Shown piece by piece: positions 1 to 13,535 of a stretch of 48,753 nucleotides of DNA (positions within the stretch are counted from its first letter, which is position 1; each line of letters begins with the position of its first letter). The notes below the pieces were generated by a model. The model ran no database searches. It was not told where the DNA came from and saw only the letters and a list, made by a program, of their open reading frames with translations. Origin of the DNA: Octopus bimaculoides (lineage: Eukaryota); contig NC_068985.1 of the NCBI RefSeq assembly GCF_001194135.2, positions 99,728,865 to 99,777,617 on the forward strand, given 5' to 3'. The position numbers and the translations under genes are program-made.

Positions 1-189
1 AGAATAAAACCATTAGGTCGTCGACTCAAAAAGTCACAACCCACCAATGACCACATATAGGAAGTACAGCATAAACCACAAAACCAAAGTAGCAAAGAAG
101 TAAAAATTTTATACATGAGAATAAAATCGATTAAAAAATATAATATAATAACATAAATAAATAAACTGCGATTAAAAGGTGATTAAAAA

Positions 190-780
190 TATTATAGAGC
201 GGTACAGATATAGTGAGATATGGAGTCTCCTCTTCCATAAAGAGTCTTTCTTAATCATTTCACCACTGTAGAAGATTGGAAGGCGTTATTTCTGCAATAG
301 GGACATATATTTATCTGACTTAAGGTTTCCCTCACACTCCACTAGCTCTGTTTGACCATTGCCCCAAATTTCTTCCCAGGCCATCACAGAGTAGCTGCCA
401 TGTTTCATTCTTGTTTGCAATCTTTTCACGTCAAATTCTTCATCACAGATTATACAGACCCACACTTAACCACTATCAGAAAATACAGCAAATCTGGACG
501 CATTGGAAAACATAACAGGGTCCACAAAATGTTAGTGATCTCTCCACAATCTCACTGCTTGCTATTGACTGGTCAACGATGTAGCTCCTTTCTTGCTGCT
601 CTACAATTATCAAGTTTGTGGAGATATTTGACAGCTGTTCTGGGAATGACATCAACTTGCGCTTCTATGTCAGAGAAGCACAGTGTAGCACTGTGTGTAT
701 TTTGAATCGAGTGTTTCCTCTAAATCCTATCAGCATCTGGACAGTTATTGAAGAAACATGGTAGAAATAAGAACGGAGTT
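190..780 (-). pseudogene. Decayed Tc1-family transposase
   Basis: Manual minus-strand translation across stops and frameshifts gives PRTAVKYLHKL..RAARKELH (HTH region), VMFSNASRFAVFSDSG*VWV (about 516-460; cf. VLFSDESRF), MKHGSYSVMAWEEIWGNG..LVECEGNL..DKY..LL (cf. KHGGGSVMVWG) and FMEEETPY (cf. FQQDNAP). Motif order is correct and the catalytic residues are degenerate. TIRs not identified. Confidence 0.8.
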
Positions 781-1810
781 TGATAGAAGAGGAAGTAATG
801 TGTGGTACAGAGTTCGAGCCGGTTATTTATGAGGCGAGCGTGTTACACTATATATATTATAACGGGTTTGCTGCAGAAGTAAATAATAATTCTACACGTG
901 TTTGTATAACGTTTTTAGTGTGGCCAAGCATAGAACAATGAATATTTTTAATATCGATCTTCAACTTTGTTGTTATTGGTTTCACTTTTAAGAAGGCAGT
1001 TTATGACAGTTAGATTCCTAACATTACAAACCATGTGTCATAAAGATTTGGACAAAATGCAACGTAGCATTTAAGTTCCATTACTTGCATTGTTAAAATC
1101 CCAACAAAATCGACATCGAATTTCATCCTCACAAGGTTGATGCCATTTTCTATCCCCTCCTCACCTAGAGAACATGTCGCTTTGTCCCTTAGTAAGAAGC
1201 AAATATGAATAAATTGTACGCCGGCATTATGATATATTATGACAACTGGAAAATATGATTTAGTGTAGTTGTGATTTTGAATCCTATTTCCGTTATTGCT
1301 GAATCATTGATTTTCTAATATTACTGAAGCCATAAATCTGAAATGAGTTCATAACACTAACACTACACCTATGCCTTTAAGCTTGGAAATATTGATTACA
1401 TTGAAAAATATTCGTTTTCTCCCGAAGTATTTCAATCTCAATTATGTTCTTCATTTTTTTTAATGCATGTAGATAACTCCACTGTGTTTGGATATTTCGC
1501 AACTGTGTTGTGACATAATATTATAACAAGAAGGTCACTATATCGTTGTACAAGTAGATATAACTGTATATGAGCTTTGACATCTATGATTCACTATATT
1601 TATCAGCTATTCATGTGGAATACTGTAGCTCAGGCAAATAATATATTTTAACATATTACAAAATTCTTCGCTATTAAGATATACATCAAGCAAAAGTAGC
1701 AAGCCCTTTATCTAATTAGCTGTTATTATAGTCGTAAAAAAATATGTTTAAACATTACTATAACAAAAAATGTTAATGTATTGGTACTGATATGCATACA
1801 AAAACATCTT

Positions 1811-1858
<48 letters not shown>

Positions 1859-2285
1859 NNNNNNNNNNNNNNNNNNNNNNNNNNNNNNNNNNNNNNNNNN
1901 NNNNNNNNNNNNNNNNNNNNNNNNNNNNNNNNNNNNNNNNNNNNNNNNNNNNNNNNNNNNNNNNNNNNNNNNNNNNNNNNNNNNNNNNNNNNNNNNNNNN
2001 NNNNNNNNNNNNNNNNNNNNNNNNNNNNNNNNNNNNNNNNNNNNNNNNNNNNNNNNNNNNNNNNNNNNNNNNNNNNNNNNNNNNNNNNNNNNNNNNNNNN
2101 NNNNNNNNNNNNNNNNNNNNNNNNNNNNNNNNNNNNNNNNNNNNNNNNNNNNNNNNNNNNNNNNNNNNNNNNNNNNNNNNNNNNNNNNNNNNNNNNNNNN
2201 NNNNNNNNNNNNNNNNNNNNNNNNNNNNNNNNNNNNNNNNNNNNNNATATATATGTATATATATATATGTATATATATATATATA

Positions 2286-2348
<63 letters not shown>

Positions 2349-2761
2349 GTGTGTGTGTACATGTATACTTATATAAATATGTGTGCATACGTATGTCTAT
2401 TTTTGAAATTGCATCGAAACAAGTGCATAGCATGGACGCAAGAAGAATATAACGGTTTATTAACTCTGCTGAAGATAGATCGCTAAATACGATACATATA
2501 CAAATAACAGGACACATGCTAAACATCCAGCTTCTCTGCTTAACTATCCGAATTTAAATGAAAACCACACAACCAGAATTAAAAAGTAAGGCGTAATGCG
2601 AAATGTTACACAATAATGGTTCTAGAATCTATACTGTATCCATTACAGACGTTCAACATCACAATCAAATAACACCCACTCTCTAACTAATTGGAATGAA
2701 GTCGTATGACACAGCAAACGCCAAAATAAATTCAAATTACGAAACTAATCTGATTTCCCAC

Positions 2762-2833
<72 letters not shown>
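2762..2833 (+). repeat. (AAT)n microsatellite
   Basis: Perfect trinucleotide run. Confidence 0.98.
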
Positions 2834-3340
2834 TTAACCAACTGGAAGCCACTCATGAAAAACACCATGAGAATTGAAAACATTATAGCAAAATAATTTA
2901 GGATGAAATGTCACTTATAGAATCACAAAATCCAACATAAATATCTTCCTTAAGTTTCACCAGAAAATTACCAATCACGAATCAACCACACAGTAAAGTT
3001 CCTTAAACATCAACAAGGATAAAACAATATATCAGTCCTACCATAAATTTAATATTTAGAGATATAATGCGATGATATGAAAGATAACGTATTAAGGAAC
3101 TTTAGAAACGCATAGCTATGCAATCTACGCACGTCACAAACAGAAGGAAAAAAATGAAGTCACGTGTGTGGAAGTAGAACAAGTATCTATACATCCTCTC
3201 AAGAAGCAAATCAATGAAAATACACAAACAAGAAACCTGGCCGATGCCAACGAATAAAAGTATGCCACCTAAATCAGTTCTACGAGTTCTTCCTGGAAAC
3301 AATGAGATGAAGATCGAGGTAAGAGATGAAACTCTAATTC
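2834..3340 (+). mobile_element. Possible very old Dong/R4 LINE N-terminal fragment
   Basis: Begins right after the (AAT)n run. Stop-ridden frames give RKLP, LADANE*KYAT and SWKQ*DE, loosely like the R4-clade N-terminal LxxxNxLxYA and PxWKxRLE motifs. Weak. Confidence 0.3.
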
Positions 3341-4672
3341 CACTTAGATTTCCATAAACGCACAATCAAAGACACGCATGAACACACACACAAACACACA
3401 TACACACAAAACACATACAGAGGTAAACACATACATACGCACATATATTTATATACATACATATATACATATATATTCATATATTTTTACATATAAACAT
3501 ACACGCACACACACAAAGACACACACAGGTACACACACACACACATCAGTTGAAAAAAATTGCTGCATGGCCTCATTTTCACATTTTTATTATTGTATTT
3601 AAAAAAAAAATATTTTTTTACAATGTTGAAGTGTGTTAACCATTAAAAAAATATTTTGCAATGTTCATAAAGTTCAATTAGCACATTAAGGCGTTTCTAG
3701 TAATCAACTGATTTCAAAATGACAGTTCAGTTCATGACAACTGTAGTAAAAGGACTAACGTCATCATTTTTATACCTTTTAGAAGGCTCCGACAAGCTGA
3801 TTTAATCGATTATAGTTTTTGACCAATCAGCATGCACCTTAAACGCCTCAGTTTGCCGGGTGGACCGATATTACTGGTATAGATCCCACCTTTATTTTAA
3901 CCAGTTACCTTGCGGTTTACACGTAATGGGTTCACGAGTGAGAAATCTTAGTTGTATTTGAGCGTTTTTATTTCAATCAGTTGCGGGACTGAGTGGCTGG
4001 AAAGCAAGATTTCAGAAAATGGTGTATGAGCTTGTCTCGAGCAAAATATTTAGAACTTCGTTTTAGCAGAGTGACGTCTTGACGAGAAGAACGCAGTTTT
4101 GAAAGCGTTCGTTATATGATCGGAACTATATATGTTTTGCCTTCCAACCGACCTTTTACATTTCGACATGTCTCGTTAAATAAGGACTTTGGTCTTCAAG
4201 TATATTCAAAATACCTACAAAATGTTGCTTTAAAATATTTATTGAACACTTTAGCTTTATGATATTTTTACAGTGTGTTGCTTTGTATTAATTGAAAACA
4301 TTTCGAGTATTACCATGAGAGACTGGAATAAAATAGGAAACTATGAGTTTCAAAGAGATACATTTGCACTTGTCGATTACACGATTTAAAAGAGATCATA
4401 AAGATAAGTGTTCTTTCGTAATATTTTCTATATACAAAAATATATTCTAGCAGCAACAATAGCAACATATTATTCAAAAGAAAGCAAATGCATCATATGA
4501 GCCTGTTGATCGGAAACGTGAAACATGAAGATCTTGAAATGATGAAACTTACGGTTGTACTGTATTAAAACATGCATTATATTCAAGTATAGATCTTTGA
4601 TGCTTATCGCTACTCTGTAAATTTTAGATATCTATATTCATATACATATGCACAAGCGCATACCTTCATATT

Positions 4673-4786
<114 letters not shown>

Positions 4787-5039
4787 TTTATTTATATTTA
4801 TAGAGACGGACAGACAGTCAGAGATATGTATATATACGTGCATCCATATGCATGAATATAACTGCATACGTTATGTGACTTTTTCAGCGTCAGATATGCA
4901 GTCTTAAAGAATTATTTCGACTCCTCCAGCCTAAATCAGTTACTAGTTTATTTCTTCTGATATAAGTATATCGCACGTTTCACTTATCTACCTAACTTTG
5001 AGCAAGCATTATACAATGTATCATAAACGACATGGAATC

Positions 5040-6420
5040 TCACTAATACTATCATGGCTGACCAAAATAATATCAACAATGTTACCAACAATTGTATTAC
5101 TACAACCGCGGTTGGTTATTTACAGCAACGTAAGTACTCTCCTCGTTTTACTTGGTTTTCTTAATCAAATGAAGACACACTTCATTGCAATGATATAGCT
5201 CATGATGGCCCAACTATAGAATATATGAAGCTGATAACATTAACGGGATAAAGCTCACTACTACTGAAACTATTTCACAGCAAAACAGCTTTGATAGCAA
5301 GCATCTTTGAAAAATAATAGCAATTGTTCATCGCAGAGAGTGATTACCGTTCCAAAACTCGATCATCTTAGACGTCGGTGAATCAGCCCAACTTTTACAT
5401 GAGAAATCGTATATAACGAGAAAAAAAAACACTTCCATTATTACTGAGTGCTCAGGTATCTCCACATGATGCTACAGAGATGACTGTGTAATGTATTCTA
5501 TTTAAGATCCTTTTGAAACTACAATTCGTCAAAGGAAGAAAAAAAAATTCAAAGGTTCCAAGAGTAAAAGAAAAAAACCAGCTGCTCTTGTGCTGAATGA
5601 TATATCGGTGTTGTTGGTGGTGGAGAACAAATGGAAACGTGTGATATTAATTACTGCACAATTAATACCGTCATATATACAACTGTTATTACTATTAACG
5701 AAGCGCTAGAAAGAAAACTGCAGTAAACGTGCTTATGAAATTACGAAAAATACGGAACCCTGATGGGAAACAAAACTTGAAGTAAACATCAACAATCTGC
5801 GTCGCCATATTGGATGGTTAACGACGATAATAGAATGTAAGAAGAATAATGGTTTTACACCTCACTAACTATATTTTATGCAAAATTAACAAAAGTCACA
5901 TGCAGTGTTCACAAAAGTCATTGAAGGAAAGCAAAATAAAATCGCTGTATGTTAGGTTGTACAAATACAAGAAAGCCCAATGTGACCCTTAATTTCTTTG
6001 TGCTTCACCTGAAGATCTATAACAAGATTGCTACGATCGGCCAGGATAAAATATGTATAAAGATATAAGAACCGTTTGCTATAAAAGATGTGTTTGCACT
6101 CGTTAACCCTCCTGCTCCACACAAAGCATGCTATATATTTCTATACAGTAAAATATATCTTATAGAGGTGCAGTGACTATAAATACACTGATCTGAAAAT
6201 GTTACACCACGTTTAGAAACATAGTAGTCGGAAATACAACAAGACAGTATCCCACAATGAATTTGTCGTGCCTGTGCAGTGACCAACTTGTGGGTCATAT
6301 CCCTAGACAGCAAAGGAAATCCACTCCACAGTTTCCAAATGTAACAAGACACTGACATTAACTGGAATCTTCCAAGGAGTGATATTGACAGATTTTACCT
6401 AAAAATGAAGGAAGTATAGA
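5040..6420 (+). mobile_element. Ancient Dong/R4-clade LINE ORF fragment (pre-RT region)
   Basis: Frames with stops give EP*WETKLEVNINNLRRHIGWL (cf. PxWxxRLExxIxxLRxDIGxL), KIATIGQ, YNKTVSHNE and INWNLPRSDIDRFYLK (cf. NWKAPGxDxIxxFWLK), in the expected order. Confidence 0.5.
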
Positions 6421-8226
6421 CTCTATCTAATAAGCTTGTATACATTTATTTTTCTTCATCCTAACTTTTGATTTATTGTTCCTTTATTTTTTTTAATCTT
6501 TAATTTATATTAGGACCGCTCCTTGCTACCCACAGCTATAAGCCTACTGTAATGAAATGTTACCTACATCCCACTTTAGCCTACCTAATAACTTGTCTAG
6601 CTGATTCGAATCTCACCCGGATGATATAGCTAAGATATGATATAACATGTTTTCGGGAAATATATCCTTAACCTCAACGGACAACTTTGTTGGTCACTCT
6701 CCCATTTCATAGTCAGCTTCGACAGACTTCAGCCACATCCCTGCTTAATTCTTGGGATATTCTTTTCTGCGTAAAATTATGTTTCATCTTATGATTAGGT
6801 TTTTTTTTTTGTAATAGAATAATTTTCTCGTTTTCCTGTTAAAACGATACGTAAGAAACAGCTGCAATATGCTGACTATTATCCATCGTATATTATTATT
6901 CATCTGATTATAACACATCAAAGGGATTTACGACTTGTCGGACAACCTAGAGTATAGTCACAACGTACCATTCAAAGTAACGCGTGATTAGGAACATCCC
7001 CTAGGTGCCAAATACTCATAGAGTTGTTTTTCTCTGTGTCCGCCACCGGAATGTCCTATTTGATACTTACCAACCATAGGCAGGAACCACATGTTTATCC
7101 AACTCTACCTGGTGCATATCTCTTCAAGTACCTGATTCTATCTGAATACTTATTTTATTATATACCTATATATAGATAACTCATGCATATATACACGTTA
7201 CAAACTGAAATTCATGGTTGTCATAGTTGCCTAAATACTTCTATTGAATACTTGATTCATGTTCATATATGCATTCCATAGTGTTTCTATTCCAAATAAA
7301 GCCAAACTACTGAAATCTAAAGTTGCAAAATAAAAACTCTGTGTCAGAAAGAGATTATTTCTTAAAGTAAAAAACAAAAACAAAAAAAAAACAAAGTTTT
7401 TCAGTTTTTCTCTGTCACTAAGTTCTATAAAGAACGCTATCTGAAGAGAAACATCATTCAGAATATTTCATATTTAACGCGAAAGAATTTATTTATTATC
7501 AGATAGCTGCCAGTCTAGACAATAATCCTTGATTATATCACCGGTTCACGTTATGAAGATTTAGTTATTTCTTTACTAAACGAATTTTCTTCTCGATACC
7601 ATTTCTTCCCTTGTCTGGGTTTATCAATAAATATGATTTATTTTCATTGATTCTGAATTTATACACAGACAAATCTTCAGTTTTGTTATGCCGATAAGGT
7701 GAGCTCAAATAAGTAAGAAGTTGCAGCACTGTGAATATTCGTTTTAGAAAAACGAACGTCATTGATAAGTTTTGTTTATATACCATTCCTATTTATTTCA
7801 TTCAGATAGCTGTGTAATGTCATGTGTTATTCTTTTATTCTCGTATTCTGCTGTTGGTGTCACTTAATGGATTACGGCTATTCTGGGAAGCTTTTCACTA
7901 TTATTCTTATTAGATCATATCGACCAGTATGTCTCAATTCAATACCATTATATTTATGGATAGTCAGATATTTGACGCAAAAAATGGTATATACATACAT
8001 ATATACATACATACACATGTATATGCATACATGTATAAGAGAGAGGGGCAGAGCAAGAAAGAGAGAGAGAGATATTTATATACATGAACAGAATTATGCA
8101 TTCACTGTTGACCCAAAAATCACAGACATGCATACAAATGCAAAGAGTGTGCACACTTGTGTAAACAAATCAAATCTACTTATTCATACATTCGTGCATA
8201 CATACATGAATACATATATGTTATAT

Positions 8227-8291
<65 letters not shown>

Positions 8292-9025
8292 CATACATAC
8301 ATACACACATATATGTATATATGTATATTACTTTCACGCGCAACAGCCTCAACAGAGTAGATGAAATATATTCTATCACAAAGCAACGTGACTAAAGTTG
8401 ATCGTAATTAAAATTGTAAAAAACAAAAAAAAAAACAATAAAGGAACAAGAGAGGTAAAAGTATAAAAGAGCCACAAATGATAAATAAAGAAATAAGAAA
8501 ATTGAGAATTATAGCAGTGTATATTTATTGCTTTTCTTCCGATTTATACAACTTTATGACGCATCACGGTGCAGAGATATGACGAAGAAATTTTAACGCA
8601 TCGTAAATGAGTCTGTAAAGGTCATACAACAAGTCGCCATGGTAGTGTTGGACAACAGGTGTTTGATGAGAGACAAAATAACACTCTCTGAAATGGAGGC
8701 AGCGGGAATGTAAATAGGTGCACAGAGCATAGACAACTTACATAGAATCAGAAAATGCCTAGAGAACACACAGCACGTAAGTGGCCGAGATGCACGGTAG
8801 TTTCTGAGAAATAATTGGTGCCAATTTTTTCAGTTGTTTTCACGACAGGCGAACTATTATAAATAGAAAAGTGAACAGAAGAAAAGTCTGAGTCCCACTT
8901 CAGCTTCAGAGAATGTTAATAGTTGCTGTGGGTCTAACCAAAACTAAACTACGTTATATGTTAAAGTTTTGTGGTCTTTAATTTGCACATAGAGAAGGAT
9001 CATACAAGAAACACATCTTTTTATG

Positions 9026-9120
9026 TTTAATCTTTCACTTGCTCCACTCATTAGACAGCGGTCAGGCTGGGGCACCGCCTTGACGAATTTTTGGATCGAT
9101 AGAATCAATCCCAGTACTTT
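9026..9120 (-). mobile_element. SINE 3' tail fragment
   Basis: Minus strand GTACTGGGATTGAT...CAAGGCGGTGCCCCAGC..GACCGC..TCTAATGA..GCAAGTGAAAGA matches the tail of the 44276-44690 SINE. Confidence 0.75.
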
Positions 9121-9395
9121 GGTCTTTCTTTTTTTTTTTTTTGGCATACTTCTCGTACTTATTCTACCGATCTGTGTTGCCGAATCGCTAAATTACATGG
9201 ACATAAACAGACCTACACTAGAAGTTATGGCGGACAAACACCGGCACAAACACACACACACAGACGCGCGCGCGCACACACACACACACACACTCACACA
9301 CANNNNNNNNNNAGGAAGCAAATTTCTTACCTAGCAGCCTCAACATATCTGTATTTACATGCATTCCTGTGTGTATGAGCGTAAGTATGTATGTG

Positions 9396-9438
<43 letters not shown>

Positions 9439-10433
9439 GTGTGTGTGTGTGTGCGTGTGTGTGTGTGTGTGTGCGTGTGTGTGTGTGTGCGTGCGTGTGC
9501 GTGTGTGTGCGAGCATGTGTTGTATGTATGTGTGTGCTTCAATCTTTCGTTATTCGCTGTCAGTCATACAGAAGGAGCTGGTGTATCTATACCTGTTTGC
9601 ATATGTGTATGTATTTATGAATATAAGTATGTACGTATGTAGGAACGTACATACGTCAGGATTATGTGAACATGTCCAATTATGTGTATTTCTATGTAAG
9701 CATGTATGCATTCGTCTTACTTCGTACACTTTCTCCATTCACAGCATTTCAATCATAAATGATTTTTGGTCACATGCTGGCAAAGAGCAGCAAAAATATC
9801 CAAGCTACCGCGTAATTTCTTTGTTGTTATCACATAAATCACCGAGATTGAAACCGAATTTCATGAAAGTCACACCTATAACTCGTCAGTACTTAATTTT
9901 CTGCGTATTCCAGTGTATATATGTTCAAGTTTGATCAGACTTATAAAATATTACAAATAAATTTTGAGGGCGGGATTTATTGAATCATATACAGAAACAA
10001 GAATTATATTTATTACTTCACTCAACGTCAGGCTCTGGCTATAGAAAAATTCATTGAAATAACGACATCCATTGATTAAATGAAGCCATTAGACTTTTGA
10101 TCCTTCTCATATATAATCAATTTTATAGGACCCGATGCAGATGACGTTATAATTGCTTTAGAAGAGTGAATAGCAAATTTAAGTCACATTTGCATTTATG
10201 AATAAAATGAGTTTTTATGGACCGGAACGACTGTAATCCTAATTGGGCTGTTATATAACCAAAAGCTGAGTAGTCAAGTCTATGTCTTTTCCGTTAGTTG
10301 TAAAACTAGGAGCATTTTAACAAAAGTGTACATTTTTTTCATAGTATGAAGCGGATGTAGTTGTTATTTCTGGCCTCTTTTCCGAATATACAGTCTTTAC
10401 AGTTAGATCGAAGCAAATTAGCTTCAAATTAAC

Positions 10434-10545
10434 TCTTCTTCTTCTTCTTCTTCTTCTTCTTCTTCTTCTTCTTCTTCTTCTTCTTCTTCTTCTTCTTCTT
10501 CTTCTTCTTCTTCTTCTTCTTCTTCTTCTTCTTCTTCTTCTTCTT
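10434..10545 (+). repeat. (TTC)n microsatellite running into a gap
   Basis: Perfect TTC run up to the N block. Confidence 0.98.
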
Positions 10546-11151
10546 NNNNNNNNNNNNNNNNNNNNNNNNNNNNNNNNNNNNNNNNNNNNNNNNNNNNNNN
10601 NNNNNNNNNNNNNNNNNNNNNNNNNNNNNNNNNNNNNNNNNNNNNNNNNNNNNNNNNNNNNNNNNNNNNNNNNNNNNNNNNNNNNNNNNNNNNNNNNNNN
10701 NNNNNNNNNNNNNNNNNNNNNNNNNNNNNNNNNNNNNNNNNNNNNNNNNNNNNNNNNNNNNNNNNNNNNNNNNNNNNNNNNNNNNNNNNNNNNNNNNNNN
10801 NNNNNNNNNNNNNNNNNNNNNNNNNNNNNNNNNNNNNNNNNNNNNNNNNNNNNNNNNNNNNNNNNNNNNNNNNNNNNNNNNNNNNNNNNNNNNNNNNNNN
10901 NNNNNNNNNNNNNNNNNNNNNNNNNNNNNNNNNNNNNNNNNNNNNNNNNNNNNNNNNNNNNNNNNNNNNNNNNNNNNNNNNNNNNNNNNNNNNNNNNNNN
11001 NNNNNNNNNNNNNNNNNNNNNNNNNNNNNNNNNNNNNNNNNNNNNNNNNNNNNNNNNNNNNNNNNNNNNNNNNNNNNNNNNNNNNNNNNNNNNNNNNNNN
11101 NNNNNNNNNNNNNNNNNNNNNNNNNNNNNNNNNNNNNNNNNNTTTGACAAC

Positions 11152-11282
11152 TATATCTGGTCTATTTGCCTTAATTTCTCTATCTGTCTGTATTGGCATA
11201 TCCCAGAATATGGTTGCTTTCTCGTTTTCTGTGACCTTTTCTGGCGTGTGTTTATACCATCTTTTTTCTGTTGTTATTCCAT

Positions 11283-11286
<4 letters not shown>
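11152..11286 (-). mobile_element. 5'-truncated young Dong/R4 LINE (restriction-like endonuclease region); 3' part hidden in the gap
   Basis: Open frame HYGITTEKRWYKHTPEKVTENEKATIFWDMPIQTDREIKANRPDIVVK contains the RPD motif of the PD-(D/E)xK RLE domain. It starts directly after a (TAA)n array. Confidence 0.9.
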
Positions 11287-11354
<68 letters not shown>

Positions 11355-11365
11355 GTTATTATTAT
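11287..11365 (+). repeat. (TTA)n array between Dong copies
   Basis: Near-perfect run separating two LINE fragments. Confidence 0.97.
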
Positions 11366-11930
11366 TTTCACTTTACTGAGATTCTGTGCCTATGTAAACT
11401 CCAACTCGCTGCTTACTGACGCAAAACTTCTCCAACACATGAGCTGTTCCAAATCTGGCATCTGAATACTTCCTAAGAAGGTTGTCGTTTCCAGTTCTTG
11501 ATGCCAGAATACAGCTTTTTGTGATATGGTTCGAAGTGCACCGATCACAATAGGTACCGCGCCCAGTGTTATAGCTGAATGGCTCCTTTTTCACTTTCAG
11601 AACCAGCTTTTAGTACCTCACCGTTTTCTCGTCCTCTGTCTTACCAATATTTTCGTTTGCGGGTATAGATGCAGTGATAAAGCTCCATGAATTGGACTTC
11701 AGTAAGAGAATGATAACTGATCGGTTATGTTGTTACATTTTGTCTGTGTATATTGGTATATCACATGTGAGAATGTGATCATTCTCTGCTACTGGTAAAT
11801 GTTGGTGCTCATACCACTTGTTTCAGCATTCTGGCCCACACTTCTTGCACACACGTCAGGGCGTTTTTGTGCGGCTAATTTTGAGCATCCATCGATTAAA
11901 TATCTAATTGTCTCAGATGATTTTTCACCA
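11366..11930 (-). mobile_element. Older, divergent Dong/R4 LINE 3' fragment (CCHC/RLE region)
   Basis: With stops and frameshifts: GEKSSETIRYLIDGCSKLA, KWYEHQHLPVAENDHIL.CDIPIYTDK..HNRS, SIPANENIGKTEDEK, VPIVIGALRTI and GTAHVLEK. The 3' UTR differs from the young family. (TAA)n lies on both sides. Confidence 0.8.
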
Positions 11931-11937
11931 CTACTAC

Positions 11938-11986
<49 letters not shown>

Positions 11987-11989
<3 letters not shown>

Positions 11990-12171
11990 TAGTTTTATTT
12001 TTATAACGTGCTTTCACTTCACTACCGAGCGCAGCTCTGTGCGCCTTGGGTATGTGCTGTGGTTTGTTGTCGTGCTCTTATGTTTACTATATTGAAAGTG
12101 TTTTGTGTAGAATGTGTGCAGTACCCAGTAGTACTGCACAGTACCCAATAGTACACAATTCTACGCAAAAC
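11987..12171 (-). mobile_element. Dong/R4 3' stub with a fold-back 5' junction
   Basis: 11987-12132 matches 31567-31712 at 142/146 nt and encodes LLGTAHILHKTLSI* plus the 3' UTR. (TTA)n arrays flank it at 11931-11986 and 12172-12267. Confidence 0.92.
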
Positions 12172-12193
12172 ATTATTATTATTATTATTATTA

Positions 12194-12271
<78 letters not shown>

Positions 12272-13535
12272 TTTAACTTGAAACCATATAATGAATTTAA
12301 GTAAGTTTTAAAGTATGGTAAATCTTTCAATTAAACCTTTACATAATTACACATTAAACATTTGTGTATGAAAAAATGAAAAAAATTCATAAACAGTTTT
12401 TTTTTTCTTTTGTGAATAAGATAGTCTACCCGATATATTTACGTCATATCATGATAATAGTTAATCAATATAACTTATCAATAGGTTAAAATCTGGAAGT
12501 TTAATATAATATTCGAATGCCACCGTTTTAGATTTGTTCGATATCACAAGTATGATAATTATTTGATAGTATATTTTATCTCAATCGCTATTATACAATT
12601 TGCGTCATATATTTAAGTACGTTTCCAATAAGCATCTACACACTATACGTTCAATAAATACATTGGAAATATTCTAATATATTGAACAAAACAAAACATA
12701 CAAATATAAACAAAATGTGAGACATTACGTTTCTCATTAAAGCTGTTTCGATAAATTATATTATTGAATATAATTAGTTTGTTTATGAATTTTATTTTAT
12801 TTCTCACTAATGTGCAAGAAAACGGTTCAGGAAAATTTTTAGAAGAGTAATCAATATTTTTGTCTACATAATAAATGGTATTTATTACACAATTCATCTG
12901 TAGAAATATGTGAACATTTTCTTAACCAACATGTATCTATTTTCGATTAGTTGCAGGTGATGAAAGCTTTGCGTTCGTCATCATAAACTCAACTCCTCAG
13001 TTTTATATAAAGGGTAGTAAAATTTTATTGCAGTCACGTTTAATCGTTTTGAAACCTGTAAAGCGAAATTCGACTGAGAAATTAAGATTAAATACTGAGA
13101 TAAATTCATCGTCAGTCGAAACAGAAATAAAGAAGTGAGGACGTAGGGGGCGATATTTTTCCCCGTTTTGGCTTATATATGTACGTACATACATACACAT
13201 ATATACACACGTGCACGCCCCCAGCATCAAATACGTAATCCATTTTCATGGGATTAAGGTAAAAGCGTATAAATAATCAATAAAGTAATTTAGATAAATT
13301 TTCACTGCCATATTTGGTGTTTTCTTTATAATAGTGCATAAATATCAACGATTATAGCTACTTTCTATATAAGACACAACATTTACTCTTTTAAGTTTAC
13401 GTTATAAAGCGAATTGCTTATATGTTAACACGGTGACAGCTAAACTTTCCATAATGTATTCATTCGTAATTCAGTTTACGTCCACTGGACTTATATTGTA
13501 CTTTGAATTAAGTTGTATTAGTTTCAGTGGAGAAC

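Noticed and set aside
352-705. 117-aa plus-strand ORF
   Set aside because: It is the antisense shadow of the minus-strand Tc1 relic.
8600-8930. Possible mariner fragment (VAMVVLDNRCL...)
   Set aside because: Similarity to the HTH region is too faint, and no WVPH/DETW motif is recoverable.
9331-9348. 18-nt minus-strand microexon candidate
   Set aside because: The donor is good but the acceptor lacks a pyrimidine tract, and it lies beside a gap and microsatellites.
11287-12267. CRISPR-like repeat/spacer alternation
   Set aside because: The repeats are variable-length microsatellites and the inserts are LINE fragments in a eukaryotic context, with no cas genes.
13069-13120. 9-bp inverted repeat TTCGACTGA/TCAGTCGAA containing CTGACGA
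   Set aside because: It is too short to be significant and does not form hammerhead stems.
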